Source: Dehalococcoidia bacterium
GTDB taxonomy: Bacteria; Chloroflexota; Dehalococcoidia; SpSt-223
Length of the DNA stretch: 64,000 bases
Reading direction: 5' to 3'
Assembly: GCA_026003895.1 (NCBI GenBank)
Contig: BPIC01000007.1
Span: forward strand, 19,473-83,472
Within the stretch, counting starts at the first letter, position 1. Every line of letters starts with the position of its first letter. A program made the position numbers and the translations under genes. Below are positions 43,759 through 53,580 of this stretch, piece after piece. Under the pieces are notes generated by a model that saw nothing but the letters and a program-made list of their open reading frames with translations, was not told the DNA's origin and ran no database searches.

Positions 43759-46680
43759 ATGGCGGACGAGTCGCTCCAGCTGGTCGTCGTCGGGTCGGAT
43801 GGGCGCGAGGAGCGCAAGCCGCTCGCCGACGGCACCACCTTGATTGGCCGGGATCCGGACTGCCAGATTCGGCTGGTCGACGCCACCATCTCGCGCCGGC
43901 ATGCCGCGATCGAGCGCGACAACGGTCGCCTCCGCCTGACCGATCTTGGCAGCGCGAACGGGACCATCCTCAATGGGCTGACGCTCGTCCCACGGAGCCC
44001 GGTGACGCTGCGCGAAGGCGACGAGATCGTCATCGGCTCGTTCCGGCTGAAATTGCAGCGCGATGTAGCCGGATGGTCACCGCGCCAGGCGGCACCGCCA
44101 GCCTCTGCGCCGCCGCCAGTGCAGCCGCTCGCGGCGCCGTATGGCGCATCGTCCCCACCGCCGGAGTTCCGCGCCCCGGCGCCGCCATTCGGCGGAGAGC
44201 CTGGTAGCCCGTCCCGCGAGCTGACGAGCATTGGCGTCGGGTATCAGCCACCCCGCCTCATTGTGTGGGACCGGGGAAGCTCCCGCGAGTATCCCATTCC
44301 GGCGTCCGGGCTGGCGATCGGGCGGGATCCGGCGAACGCTGTCACGATCGATGACCCGCAGGTCAGCCGACGTCACGCCGAGATTCGCCACGTTCCCGGT
44401 GGCTACGAAATCGTCGACCTCGGTAGCACCTACGGCGTCTTCCAGAACGGCCAGCGCGTCGGTCGGAAAATGCTGGTCGACAACGACACCTTTCACATTA
44501 GCGATTCGGTGCGGATCGTCTTTCGCGCTGGCGCAGCGCTCCCACCGCCCCCGAGTCCGGCGACGCTCCAAATCGAGTTCGGGACGCGGGATGTCATCAC
44601 GATCGGACGCGATCCAAGCAACGACATCCCGCTAAATCACCCGCAAGTCTCGCGGTTTCACGCTCGGCTGACGCGGCGCGGCGCCGAGGTGCTGCTGAGC
44701 GATCTCGGGTCGACGAACGGGACGTTCGTCAACGGCCAGCCGATTGCGACGGTGCCGCTGCGCGACACTGATCACTTCCAGATCGGCCCCTATGAGTTCA
44801 CGATCAGCGGTGGGCTCGTTGCCGCGGTCTCCAACGAAGGCAACATCCGCGTCGACGCGGTCAATATCAGCCGGACGGTCCGTGGCAACAAGGTGATCCT
44901 GCAGCCCGTCACGCTTAGCTTCAAGCCACGGGAGCTGGTTGCGGTTGTCGGCGCCTCCGGCTCGGGCAAGACGACTCTCCTGAACGCGCTTTCGGGGTTC
45001 CGTCCCGCGACGCAAGGCCGGGTCTTGTACAACGGGCAAGACCTCTATCGCAGCTTCGAGGTGTTTCGCAACTCGATCGGGTTTGTGCCGCAGGACGACA
45101 TCATCCACCGTGAACTGCCGGTGATCGAGACGCTGCGCTACGCCGCGAAGCTTCGGCTGCCGCGCGACACAACGGCGGCCGAGCGAGAGGAGCGCATCGC
45201 CGAAGTCTTGTCGGACTTGGGGCTCGAGGAGCAGCGCAATAACCGGGTGGAAGAGCTCTCTGGCGGGCAGCGCAAGCGTGTCAGCATGGGGGTCGAATTG
45301 CTGACGCGGCCGAGCCTCTTCTTCCTCGATGAGCCGACATCCGGCCTCGATCCTGCGACCGAAACGCGGATGATGCAGCTCTTGCGCCAATTGGCCGATC
45401 AAGGCCGGACTATTCTCCTGATTACCCACGCCACGCAGAACATCAAGCTGTGTGACAAGGTCGTCTTCATGGCGCGCGGCGGCTATCTCGCCTTCTTCGG
45501 GACGCCAGCCGAAGCGTTGGAGTTTTTCGGCGTCCAAGAGTTCGCCGACATCTACGACATCATGCAGGGCGAGGAAACGCGTGGCCTGATCGCTTCACGC
45601 TACGCCGCGTCACACTATCACGAGGAGCATCTCGGCTCGCTCAGCCGGGAAATCCGGGATGTCGCCGGGCAGTTGACGAACAAGGCGCGACCTGCTTCGC
45701 GCAAGAAGGGCATCTCAAGCATCCGCCAACTGTTCATCTTGACCGCGCGTACGATAGCGGTAACGAGGGCCAACCGGAAGGCGCTCGGTATCGTGCTCCT
45801 TCAAGCACCCATCATTGCGCTGCTTGTGGCGATCGTTTTTCCTCGCACGATTTTCAATGATCGGCCGGTCTACATCCCGCCAGAGCGGGTCCTTGCCGCC
45901 GGCTTGCAAGTCGATCCGGCCAAGCCACTGCCGAACTGCGGACTGAGCCAGTCGCAAATGGACGAATTGCCGGAGATCTTACGCCAGCCCGAGATGAAAG
46001 AGGGTTGCGGGAACGCGATGCGTGTCATGTCGCTGCTCTTCTTCATGGTGCTGGTCGTGATCTGGTTCGGAACGTCGAATGCTTCCAAGGAGATCGTCAA
46101 GGAGCTCCCCATCTACAAGCGGGAACGGATGATCGGTATCCGTATCGTTCCTTACCTGTTTTCGAAGGTAATCCCGCTCTTGGGGATTGCCTTGATTCAA
46201 AACGTCGTCTTTCTGCTCATTATGATGATCATCCTGCCGTTCCCATTCGACGGACCGCGGATGTTCCTCGAGTTTTTCGGGATGCTGTATATGGTGAGCA
46301 TTGCGGCCGTGCTGCTTGGCCTTTTCGTGTCGTCGGTTGTCGGCAGCGTCGACGAGTCGAACAGTATTGTGCCAATCCTCCTGATCCCGCAGGTGGTGTT
46401 CTCGGGCGCGGTGATCCCGCTTGCCAAGATGCCGGGCTTCACCCAACCGATCGCAAATTTCGTCATCAGCCGGTGGGGTTGGGAATCGGTCGGCAACATC
46501 CTCAACGTCTCGCACATGGCCGAGAAGCAGGGCGGCCCAACCTATCAGATGCTGATCGAGCAAGAATGGCTGAACGCGTTCGACGTCAGCGTGCGCACGC
46601 ACTCGCTCATCCTCGTCGCCTTCTGCGTTGTCTTTCTGGCTGCCTCCTACGTCGCGTTGCGCCGAAAGGACACCGTCTAA
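43759..46680 (+). CDS. ABC exporter (ATPase plus ABC-2 permease, ABCG-like topology) with three N-terminal FHA domains
   Basis: Start at ATG 43759 after GAGGGGGAG. FHA cores: LIGRDPDCQIRLVDATISRRHAAI...LTDLGSANGTILNG; AIGRDPANAVTIDDPQVSRRHAEI...IVDLGSTYGVFQNG; TIGRDPSNDIPLNHPQVSRFHARL...LSDLGSTNGTFVNG. Walker A GASGSGKTT, signature LSGGQRKR, Walker B LFFLDEPTSGLD, then a 6-TM ABC-2 region. Confidence 0.85.
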   Translation: MADESLQLVVVGSDGREERKPLADGTTLIGRDPDCQIRLVDATISRRHAAIERDNGRLRLTDLGSANGTILNGLTLVPRSPVTLREGDEIVIGSFRLKLQRDVAGWSPRQAAPPASAPPPVQPLAAPYGASSPPPEFRAPAPPFGGEPGSPSRELTSIGVGYQPPRLIVWDRGSSREYPIPASGLAIGRDPANAVTIDDPQVSRRHAEIRHVPGGYEIVDLGSTYGVFQNGQRVGRKMLVDNDTFHISDSVRIVFRAGAALPPPPSPATLQIEFGTRDVITIGRDPSNDIPLNHPQVSRFHARLTRRGAEVLLSDLGSTNGTFVNGQPIATVPLRDTDHFQIGPYEFTISGGLVAAVSNEGNIRVDAVNISRTVRGNKVILQPVTLSFKPRELVAVVGASGSGKTTLLNALSGFRPATQGRVLYNGQDLYRSFEVFRNSIGFVPQDDIIHRELPVIETLRYAAKLRLPRDTTAAEREERIAEVLSDLGLEEQRNNRVEELSGGQRKRVSMGVELLTRPSLFFLDEPTSGLDPATETRMMQLLRQLADQGRTILLITHATQNIKLCDKVVFMARGGYLAFFGTPAEALEFFGVQEFADIYDIMQGEETRGLIASRYAASHYHEEHLGSLSREIRDVAGQLTNKARPASRKKGISSIRQLFILTARTIAVTRANRKALGIVLLQAPIIALLVAIVFPRTIFNDRPVYIPPERVLAAGLQVDPAKPLPNCGLSQSQMDELPEILRQPEMKEGCGNAMRVMSLLFFMVLVVIWFGTSNASKEIVKELPIYKRERMIGIRIVPYLFSKVIPLLGIALIQNVVFLLIMMIILPFPFDGPRMFLEFFGMLYMVSIAAVLLGLFVSSVVGSVDESNSIVPILLIPQVVFSGAVIPLAKMPGFTQPIANFVISRWGWESVGNILNVSHMAEKQGGPTYQMLIEQEWLNAFDVSVRTHSLILVAFCVVFLAASYVALRRKDTV

Positions 46681-46681
46681 G

Positions 46682-49102
46682 TCAGCGCAACGGGATCCGG
46701 ACGGAGTCTGACCCGTCCAGACGGGTCAGCCGTTGGCCGCTTTCCGGGCGATACAGGCCGACTAAGAGATGGGTCGCGCCAGCGGGAGTCGGGACGGTGC
46801 GAATGTCTTCGATGGTCTCACCGATGTCCCAAAGATCGGTTGGTTGCCGATAGTTGGCGGGCGGAGAGTCGGCCTGCGCAAGGAGCCGCCCCGCGTCGTC
46901 AAGCACATGGACGAAGACGGTGTAGGCTGCACTCGGACGACCCGCCGCGTGCCAAACGAGCCGCAGCGTGCGCTGGCACGTTCCGTCGTGGCAGCGCGGA
47001 TCGGTGAAATCGTAGCCCGCGAGCGTGATACCGTCGCCGAACCGGACGTCCAGCGGCTGGCGGGGCGCGGCCGGAGGCTGGAGGGCGGTGACCTTCACCC
47101 GACCGAAGATCACGTTGCCGTCCGGGGTAGTGCTCGCGAGGCGCTCACCGCTGCGCCGGTCGTAGAGTCCGACCGCGATTCGATATTCGCCCGGCGGCGT
47201 GTCGGGCTGGACCGCGAGGTCGTACCGGCCGACGACGAGGTCGCCCGGCCGCCATTGGTAGCTCGGGTAGCCGTTGGCATCGCCAATTCCCCACCGACGT
47301 CCGTCGCGGTCGATCAAGTGGCTGAACCAGGCGAGATCGGCGGTGCCGGTTGGAGTGTTCGCTACTTGCCACGTGAGGGTCAGGGGAAGCGTCGCGCCAC
47401 GCTCCACGTGTGAGCTCTCGGCATGGTCGAGCAGGCGCACCGGTCCAACGGCGACCGACTCGGGCGCCGCGCTAAGCCGAGCGGCGAGCGCCCGGTTCTG
47501 TTCGGCGTTCAGCTGATAGGCGACGAACGCGATCGTTTCGGCGGGGCCGGGGCGCTCGGCGATACGGGTGATCGGGTCGAACCAACGGTCCAGATTGGCT
47601 GGGCGCGATGACCACGGAAAGAGATACAGTACCGGGCGGTCGGGAGAGTCCGGAACGACGAACGATTGCCGACCATCGACCCAGCGAATGTCAAACGGCC
47701 GCCGCAGCAGCAGGAGCGTGCTCGGGTGGTCGACATATTCGGACGAAAGCATCACGATGGGATCGCCAGCGACTTCGTCGTTGAGGAAGCGGCCAATCGC
47801 GTTCATCTCGCTGTGGAACCCGTAGTACACCTCGGGTCGCGTCGCCCAGTCGACGAAATATTCGCGATGGACGACGGCGGCGGTTGCGCCAAGCCAAAGC
47901 ACGAGCGCCGCCGTGATGGCCATGCCGAGGGCGAAGCCGGCCATCCGAGCTCGCCGGAGGACCACGCTGACGAGCCAGTCGAGCCCGATCGCCGGCAGCG
48001 CGAAAATCGCGGGGATGAGTCCAACCGCCCGCAGATAGTGGGGGGCGCTCGTCGAGAGCGCGGTTGGCAGGATCATCACGCTGATCCAAATCAACAGGAA
48101 GCCATACGCCGGCTGACGGAGCCGGAGCAGCGCGAGGATCAGGCCCAGATAGAAGAAGATCGCGCCCGGGAGGTCGAAGACTGGCCGGTTGGCGATGTTG
48201 CGTCCCCAGAGGTAGTCGCCACGGACGGAAAACATGCCGAGGGCGTCAACGACGTTGACGAGAGGAGACTCTGGCGCAGCCGGGTCCGCGCCACCGACGC
48301 CGGCGACCTGCTCGAAACGAGAGAAGAAGATCGCCGGGTGGTTAGCGTAGTAGGCTGCGAGCGGTGCGAAGACGATCACGGCGACGCCGACGTAGACGAG
48401 CAGGCCACGCCAACTGGCGTGTAACCAGTCGCGCTTGACCACGGCGAGATAGCCGACGAGGAGGATGAGGATAAGCGGCACGGCGCGATCGGCGAAGTAG
48501 GTGTACTGCACCGCGCCGAAAAGCGCCCCTCCGACCGGCCAAGCCCAGCGACGGCGCTGCGCAAGGCCGATCCACAGCACGAGGAGCGCGAGTGTCAGCA
48601 CGAGGGGCAACGTGATTGCCCGGAAGCTATTGCGGCTGAGCACGAGGTGCCAGAAGTTGATCGCCAGCCAAGCGTCGGCGAAGAGAGCGATTCGGGGCCC
48701 GAACAGTCGGCGGAAGAGGAGATGGCCGGCGACGAGCGTCGCGAGCCCGACGGTGATGGAGGCCGCCCGCATGGCGATCGGCTCTGGCCCGAACATCGTC
48801 ATCGAGAGCGCCCCGAGGTAAATGAAGAGCGGCTCACGGCCTCCATTGTTGCGCTCGAAATAGATCGGCCGGACCCCAAGCTCGAGGACTTCGCGAGCGT
48901 CGAGCCCGTACATCGCCTCGTCATGGGAAATCCCAGGCGGGACTTCTGTGATCTGGGTAATTCGGAGAAAGGCGGCGAGGAGGAGGATGCCGGCGAGCGC
49001 GAACAGCTCGATTCGAAGCGGGAGCAGGCGTTCGCTGGCGGCAGGAGGTGTTGCGGTGGTCTGCACGCTCTCGTGAGGCGCGGGTGCGGCCTGAGTCGTC
49101 AC
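46682..49102 (-). CDS. GT-C membrane glycosyltransferase (GT39/PMT- or ArnT-like) with a large extracytoplasmic C-terminal region
   Basis: 806 aa with ISHDEAMYGLDA (a DE motif in the first loop), more than 10 TM segments, and about 330 aa of soluble beta-rich C-terminus. Confidence 0.75.
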   Translation of the reverse strand: MTTQAAPAPHESVQTTATPPAASERLLPLRIELFALAGILLLAAFLRITQITEVPPGISHDEAMYGLDAREVLELGVRPIYFERNNGGREPLFIYLGALSMTMFGPEPIAMRAASITVGLATLVAGHLLFRRLFGPRIALFADAWLAINFWHLVLSRNSFRAITLPLVLTLALLVLWIGLAQRRRWAWPVGGALFGAVQYTYFADRAVPLILILLVGYLAVVKRDWLHASWRGLLVYVGVAVIVFAPLAAYYANHPAIFFSRFEQVAGVGGADPAAPESPLVNVVDALGMFSVRGDYLWGRNIANRPVFDLPGAIFFYLGLILALLRLRQPAYGFLLIWISVMILPTALSTSAPHYLRAVGLIPAIFALPAIGLDWLVSVVLRRARMAGFALGMAITAALVLWLGATAAVVHREYFVDWATRPEVYYGFHSEMNAIGRFLNDEVAGDPIVMLSSEYVDHPSTLLLLRRPFDIRWVDGRQSFVVPDSPDRPVLYLFPWSSRPANLDRWFDPITRIAERPGPAETIAFVAYQLNAEQNRALAARLSAAPESVAVGPVRLLDHAESSHVERGATLPLTLTWQVANTPTGTADLAWFSHLIDRDGRRWGIGDANGYPSYQWRPGDLVVGRYDLAVQPDTPPGEYRIAVGLYDRRSGERLASTTPDGNVIFGRVKVTALQPPAAPRQPLDVRFGDGITLAGYDFTDPRCHDGTCQRTLRLVWHAAGRPSAAYTVFVHVLDDAGRLLAQADSPPANYRQPTDLWDIGETIEDIRTVPTPAGATHLLVGLYRPESGQRLTRLDGSDSVRIPLR

Positions 49103-49106
49103 CCGA

Positions 49107-49520
49107 TCAGATGGGGCGCTGGCCCTGCCCCTTCGGGACGAGCCGCGAGTCGACGATGTCGCCGTCCTCGATCAAGCCTCCGAGTGCGCCCAACTCGGTC
49201 CCCTCCGGGACGATGATGATTACCCAGTCGTCCAGCCCGAGCTCGAGGCGCAAGTTATCGTCCATGCCTTCCGGCCGATACGGCTGGACGTTCTCAGCGC
49301 CGAACTTGCGCCGCAGGTCATCGAGCGTCTGCCCGGGAGCAGGTTTGACTAAGATCTGACCCGGTTCGTACCCGGTCGCCGGACTCGGCTCCTGAGCTTG
49401 GCTCTGCGCCGGCTTTCGCGACAGCGGGGATGGCCCGATTGGCCCGCCGCTCACGTGGGGAGGGACCCCGCACCCGGCGACGAGCAACGCGGCGACCGGC
49501 AGCAACAGCCACGTCCGCAT
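49107..49520 (-). CDS. Lipoprotein, unknown function
   Basis: MRTWLLLPVAALLVAGC lipobox. 137 aa. Ends 4 nt before the start of the GT-C gene. Confidence 0.6.
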   Translation of the reverse strand: MRTWLLLPVAALLVAGCGVPPHVSGGPIGPSPLSRKPAQSQAQEPSPATGYEPGQILVKPAPGQTLDDLRRKFGAENVQPYRPEGMDDNLRLELGLDDWVIIIVPEGTELGALGGLIEDGDIVDSRLVPKGQGQRPI

Positions 49521-49619
49521 TGTCTTCTCCTTTCGCCGAGCGCCTGTTGAACGATCCTACCCGCCCTGCCGGACGAAGTCAAACTCATCGCGTTCCACAG
49601 ACGAATGGTCGGGGACGAC

Positions 49620-51224
49620 CTATCGCCGGCGCAACACCTGAAATTCGGCGATGTCCCGCTCTTTGACGTAGTCGTTGGCGAGGCGAGCCTTCAAGGCGGG
49701 GAAGCCATCGAGCAGCGAAACCGAATCCTGAGGCTGAATGGGGTTGACGTCTTTGGCGACGAGAACAACATACGCTGGCTTGGCGGCGTCGAACTCGCGG
49801 AGGAAGGTCTCGCGCGCCTCGCGGCGAAGAGGGCTCTCGGGGCGGTCGATGGTGAGGGGATAGCTGAAGATGTACCGTGTCGGCGCTGGGCGGTCGGCGA
49901 GCCAGTTGACGAGCGCTTGGAAGCCCCAAACCAGCACGGTGTCGTTCGGCCCGGTGTGGGCGGCGAGGTAGTTCGCCGTTTCGCGCGCGGCGCTGAATGA
50001 ATAGACGTCGCGGTCGTTCAGGTTGTGGCCGAAGGCGGCGAAGTAGTCGCGATCGCTTGTCATGCCGAGCAGAAGTGGGAGGTCACGGCCCAGCTTGCCT
50101 TGCTGGTCGAACCAGACGGGAAGCAGAACGATGCCGGCCAGAAACACCGCCGCGCCGCGCCGCAGCCACGCGTCAGCGCCTGGGCGTCGGATGCTGTCCC
50201 AAATCGCTTCGAGGCCGAAGCCGGCGAGGCCGGCGAGCGGCGGCAGCACGACTGACCAGTGGTAGCTGAAGAACTTCCCTTGGCTCCAGACGCCTACCAA
50301 GCTGGCGAGCAACCACGTGGCGAGAAAGAGCGTGAGGAGAGGACGGCGACGTGCGCCGACGAATCCGGCGGCGGCGAGCGGTGTGAGCGGGCCCATCCGT
50401 CCGAAAAAGTCGGCCGTTGCCCAAGCCGTCGCCTCCAACGTCAGATTGGCGCCCGTTTGCACGTGAAGCTGATTGAAGACGACGACGGCCTCCCACATTT
50501 CGGCGAATGCGCCGCCAGCCGCCAGCAAGGCGCTCGGGACGAGTATCGCTGCCGCGCCGCCAGCCGCGTAGGCGGCGAGATCGAGCGCCGTTTTCCAGCA
50601 GATGGGGGCGCGGGCGATGATCACGAAACCGCCAAGCAGCGCGAGTGGCGCGGCAGTGGGTTTGAACCAGAGGAGCGAGCCGAGCAGCACCCCACCGACG
50701 ATCGCAGCGAGAGCGCCTCGCCGGCGCCCGGCGATGAGCACGGCAAACCCGAGCGCGCTGATGCCGGCGATCAGGAATTCGGCTTGTCCGCGGTCCCACC
50801 ATTCGAACTGAAGGACGCTCGCCGCGCCGAAGAGCGCGGCCGCCGCGAGTGCCGCGCGTGATCCAGCAGGCCGCAGCAACGCCCAGAGCCCCACCATCCC
50901 GCCGAGCAGGACAAGTTGTTCGAGCAGGTGCACGGCCTGCCACGACCGGCCGAAGAGGCGAAAGGCGAGCGCATAGGCGTAGTCGATCCCGGGGGGCTTG
51001 TGGTCCCACGCGTCACGATAGGGAAGCTGGCCGCGCAGAATGGCATCGGCGATCGTCGCAAAGATCCCTTGGTCGCGACCGAATGGTTGAGCGAGCAACG
51101 GCAGGCTCAGCAGGATGAACCCGGCCGCAATCACGCCGAGCGCGACAATCTCGCCACCTGGAATGGGCACGGCGCGCGAACGCACCGATGCGCCGGCGAC
51201 CGCCGAGTCGACCACTTGGGTCAT
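49620..51224 (-). CDS. Membrane glycosyltransferase, PMT_2/ArnT-like
   Basis: 534 aa, polytopic. The first loop QPFGRDQGIFATIADAILRGQLPYRDAWDHKPPG resembles PMT_2 family GT-C enzymes. ATGA overlap with the upstream HAD gene. Confidence 0.65.
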   Translation of the reverse strand: MTQVVDSAVAGASVRSRAVPIPGGEIVALGVIAAGFILLSLPLLAQPFGRDQGIFATIADAILRGQLPYRDAWDHKPPGIDYAYALAFRLFGRSWQAVHLLEQLVLLGGMVGLWALLRPAGSRAALAAAALFGAASVLQFEWWDRGQAEFLIAGISALGFAVLIAGRRRGALAAIVGGVLLGSLLWFKPTAAPLALLGGFVIIARAPICWKTALDLAAYAAGGAAAILVPSALLAAGGAFAEMWEAVVVFNQLHVQTGANLTLEATAWATADFFGRMGPLTPLAAAGFVGARRRPLLTLFLATWLLASLVGVWSQGKFFSYHWSVVLPPLAGLAGFGLEAIWDSIRRPGADAWLRRGAAVFLAGIVLLPVWFDQQGKLGRDLPLLLGMTSDRDYFAAFGHNLNDRDVYSFSAARETANYLAAHTGPNDTVLVWGFQALVNWLADRPAPTRYIFSYPLTIDRPESPLRREARETFLREFDAAKPAYVVLVAKDVNPIQPQDSVSLLDGFPALKARLANDYVKERDIAEFQVLRRR

Positions 51225-51874
51225 GACGCCAGCCGCACCAATGGCGGCAGCTCATCGAGGCGGTCGATGATGAAGTGTGGTCTCACGGCGAGAAGCTCTT
51301 CCGTTGGAAGCGCGTCGCAGCGTACCGCACAGGTGCGTGCGCCGGCGGCGTGACCCATCAGGATGTCGTAGAGGCTATCGCCGACCATGAGGCAGCCTTC
51401 CGGGGGCACCTGCAGCCGCGCGGCGAGTGTCGTCACCATCTCCGGGTGCGGTTTGCCGCGGGACACCGAGTCATGACCGAGCACGTCGCGGAAGTATGGC
51501 AGAAGCCCCGCCGCCGCGAGGGCGCGCTGCGCCATGTCGAGCCGTTTGGAGGTCGCCACCGCGAGCGGCAGACCAAGGGCGGTAAGCGCCTTGAGGCAGG
51601 GCAGCGTCTCGGGAAATGGTCGGACGGCGAGGACCGCGTTGGCGGCGTAGCGCGTCCGGTAGTCTTGCATTAGGTCGCTGACGTGCTCGGAGGCGATCCC
51701 GAACTCGAGGAACAGTTCGTCCAAAAGCAAGCCGCGGCGCATCAGGCGTTCGAACCGTTCGGCGGGCGGTGCCGGGAGTCCAGCGGCAGCCAGCACCTCG
51801 CGTGCCGTCGCGATCATGCCAGGGAAGCTATCGATCAACGTCCCGTCGAGGTCGAAAATGACCGCGCCGATCAC
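51221..51874 (-). CDS. HAD-superfamily phosphatase (phosphoglycolate phosphatase-like)
   Basis: GTG 51874 start (GTGA overlap with the upstream stop). VIFDLDGTLIDS motif I, ATSK motif II, and MVGDSLYDILMG motif III/IV. Confidence 0.8.
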   Translation of the reverse strand: MIGAVIFDLDGTLIDSFPGMIATAREVLAAAGLPAPPAERFERLMRRGLLLDELFLEFGIASEHVSDLMQDYRTRYAANAVLAVRPFPETLPCLKALTALGLPLAVATSKRLDMAQRALAAAGLLPYFRDVLGHDSVSRGKPHPEMVTTLAARLQVPPEGCLMVGDSLYDILMGHAAGARTCAVRCDALPTEELLAVRPHFIIDRLDELPPLVRLAS

Positions 51875-53286
51875 TTCTTGAACGCGGGGTCGCACGCCTC
51901 GAAAAACTGAACCGATTCGATCCAGGCTTTGCCGTTGTCGACGTCCGGCCACCCTCTGACGCGGATGAATAGCGTCATCTTATTGGTGACGGCAATCATG
52001 CTGACGAGCGGATTGTTGTTGTTCCCCATGGTCTTCCAGCCGCCGTAGCGGCCGGCATCCTTGTCTGGTTGGCCGCCGGACGCCCGACCCCAAATGACGG
52101 TGGCCGCGTCCGGATTGGTGCTGCCGGTTGGGTCTAGCCCGATCTCGCGCAGCAGCGGTAGCGACCCGTCACGCCGGCCATTGCCAAACACCTGCTGCGC
52201 GGTAGCGTAAAACGCTTGATACCACTTGCCCGGCGTGACGGTGAAGACTTGATATGCGCCAGCAACGAAGTTCCCGGAGCCTTCGATCAGCCACGAGGCG
52301 CGGCCGAATTTCTCGTAGCCCGTCTCCTCGATCGACTTGACGTTGCCGCTGCTAAACCAGGTCCATCCGTTCGGCACGCCGTTGGTGTAACCCTCATCCA
52401 TGGTGGCGTTCTTGGCGAGGCTCTTTTCGATTTCATGCTCGAGCCGGCCGCACGCGGGGTGCACTGGATTTGGCGTCGGCCCGGTGGGCTTGGTCACCAC
52501 CGGAGTGGTCGGCGTGGCGGTCGGTGCGGGAGTGGGTGTCGCCGCGAGTACGAGCTGCGGCGTTTCGTTGGGACTCCGCGGTGTGATGGCCTCCTGTGGG
52601 TAGAGACCGGCTTCTTTGCCGACGTCGCCGCCGTTGGCAACGGTCACCTGCCCGGCGCGGGCCCACGGCTGGTCGGTCTTCCACCGTTGGAAGACCCGCC
52701 GTTGCGCTCGGAGCACGGCGACGTTCTTCATGTCCTCGTAGGCCATGGGCAGGCCGTTGAAGGCGATCGGGTCGGAAACCGAGAGGAACGCATCCTTGAT
52801 CGCCTTGTCCTTCTCGAGGAGGGCGTAGTGGTTCTTGACGATGTCATCCCAGCTCTTGCCCCGGTCTTCTTCCCACTTCAAGGCGTTCGGCACTTCGCGG
52901 ACAACGGCGAGCCAATCGTCTTTGCCGGCGGCGTTTAGCTCGTCGAACACGTTGACGAACGTCACGATACCGCCCTGATCCGGGCGCCACTGAAAGACGA
53001 CCTTCTGAAAGGCTTGGGAAACGAACCCCTTCCACTGAAACCGATGGGACACCGGGTAGCCGACGGCGCTCACGCCGCCAAAGCGTCGAAACCAGGTATA
53101 AAACGGCACGTCGTTGTTATCAGTGACGGCGAAGCCGTGGCCGGCGGGCGCTGATCCACGGGTCTGGGTATAGAAGCGGCCGTTTGGAATGTCGAACTCA
53201 TCGGCCCCTTGTGCGCCTACTGGAACGGTGAGGCTGATGGTAACGAGGATCAACCCGGCTGCAAGAAGAAGTCGCGTGAGCGCCAT
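51871..53286 (-). CDS. Secreted protein: N-terminal domain of unknown function, PT-rich linker, C-terminal beta-sandwich-like domain
   Basis: Signal MALTRLLLAAGLILVTISLTVPVGAQG. FDIPNGRFYTQT...GFAVTD...GYPVSHRFQWKGFVSQAFQKVVFQW. Linker ATPTPAPTATPTTPVVTKPTGPTPNP. Confidence 0.65.
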   Translation of the reverse strand: MALTRLLLAAGLILVTISLTVPVGAQGADEFDIPNGRFYTQTRGSAPAGHGFAVTDNNDVPFYTWFRRFGGVSAVGYPVSHRFQWKGFVSQAFQKVVFQWRPDQGGIVTFVNVFDELNAAGKDDWLAVVREVPNALKWEEDRGKSWDDIVKNHYALLEKDKAIKDAFLSVSDPIAFNGLPMAYEDMKNVAVLRAQRRVFQRWKTDQPWARAGQVTVANGGDVGKEAGLYPQEAITPRSPNETPQLVLAATPTPAPTATPTTPVVTKPTGPTPNPVHPACGRLEHEIEKSLAKNATMDEGYTNGVPNGWTWFSSGNVKSIEETGYEKFGRASWLIEGSGNFVAGAYQVFTVTPGKWYQAFYATAQQVFGNGRRDGSLPLLREIGLDPTGSTNPDAATVIWGRASGGQPDKDAGRYGGWKTMGNNNNPLVSMIAVTNKMTLFIRVRGWPDVDNGKAWIESVQFFEACDPAFKK

Positions 53287-53580
53287 GCAGGTTCCTCCGC
53301 TGCGTCGCTCATCCTAGCAGACAAGCAAGGGCCTGACCAGCCAGACGACGCGTCGCGGTGCGGTCGAGGCAACGCGGCGGCAACTGGGTGCGCCGGCCGT
53401 GGCAGGTTCGACCTGACCACGAGGCTGCAGGAGGCTCAGCGGTGGTCTGGGCGCTTGGGCATGAGCCGCGCACGAGCGAGGCGATGCCGATCGAGGGGGA
53501 GAACGGCTGTGTCTGCTCGGGCACTCTGCTCTGGTCGCGATAATGCGGGGGAAGCCCGTCGGTTTCGCCGCAGCGGTGCG

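Noticed and set aside
53287-53580. 294-nt intergenic gap containing ggttcgacc, inspected for a tRNA or riboswitch
   Set aside because: No T-arm pairing, acceptor stem or anticodon arm can be built. It is most likely the promoter and 5' UTR of the secreted-protein operon.
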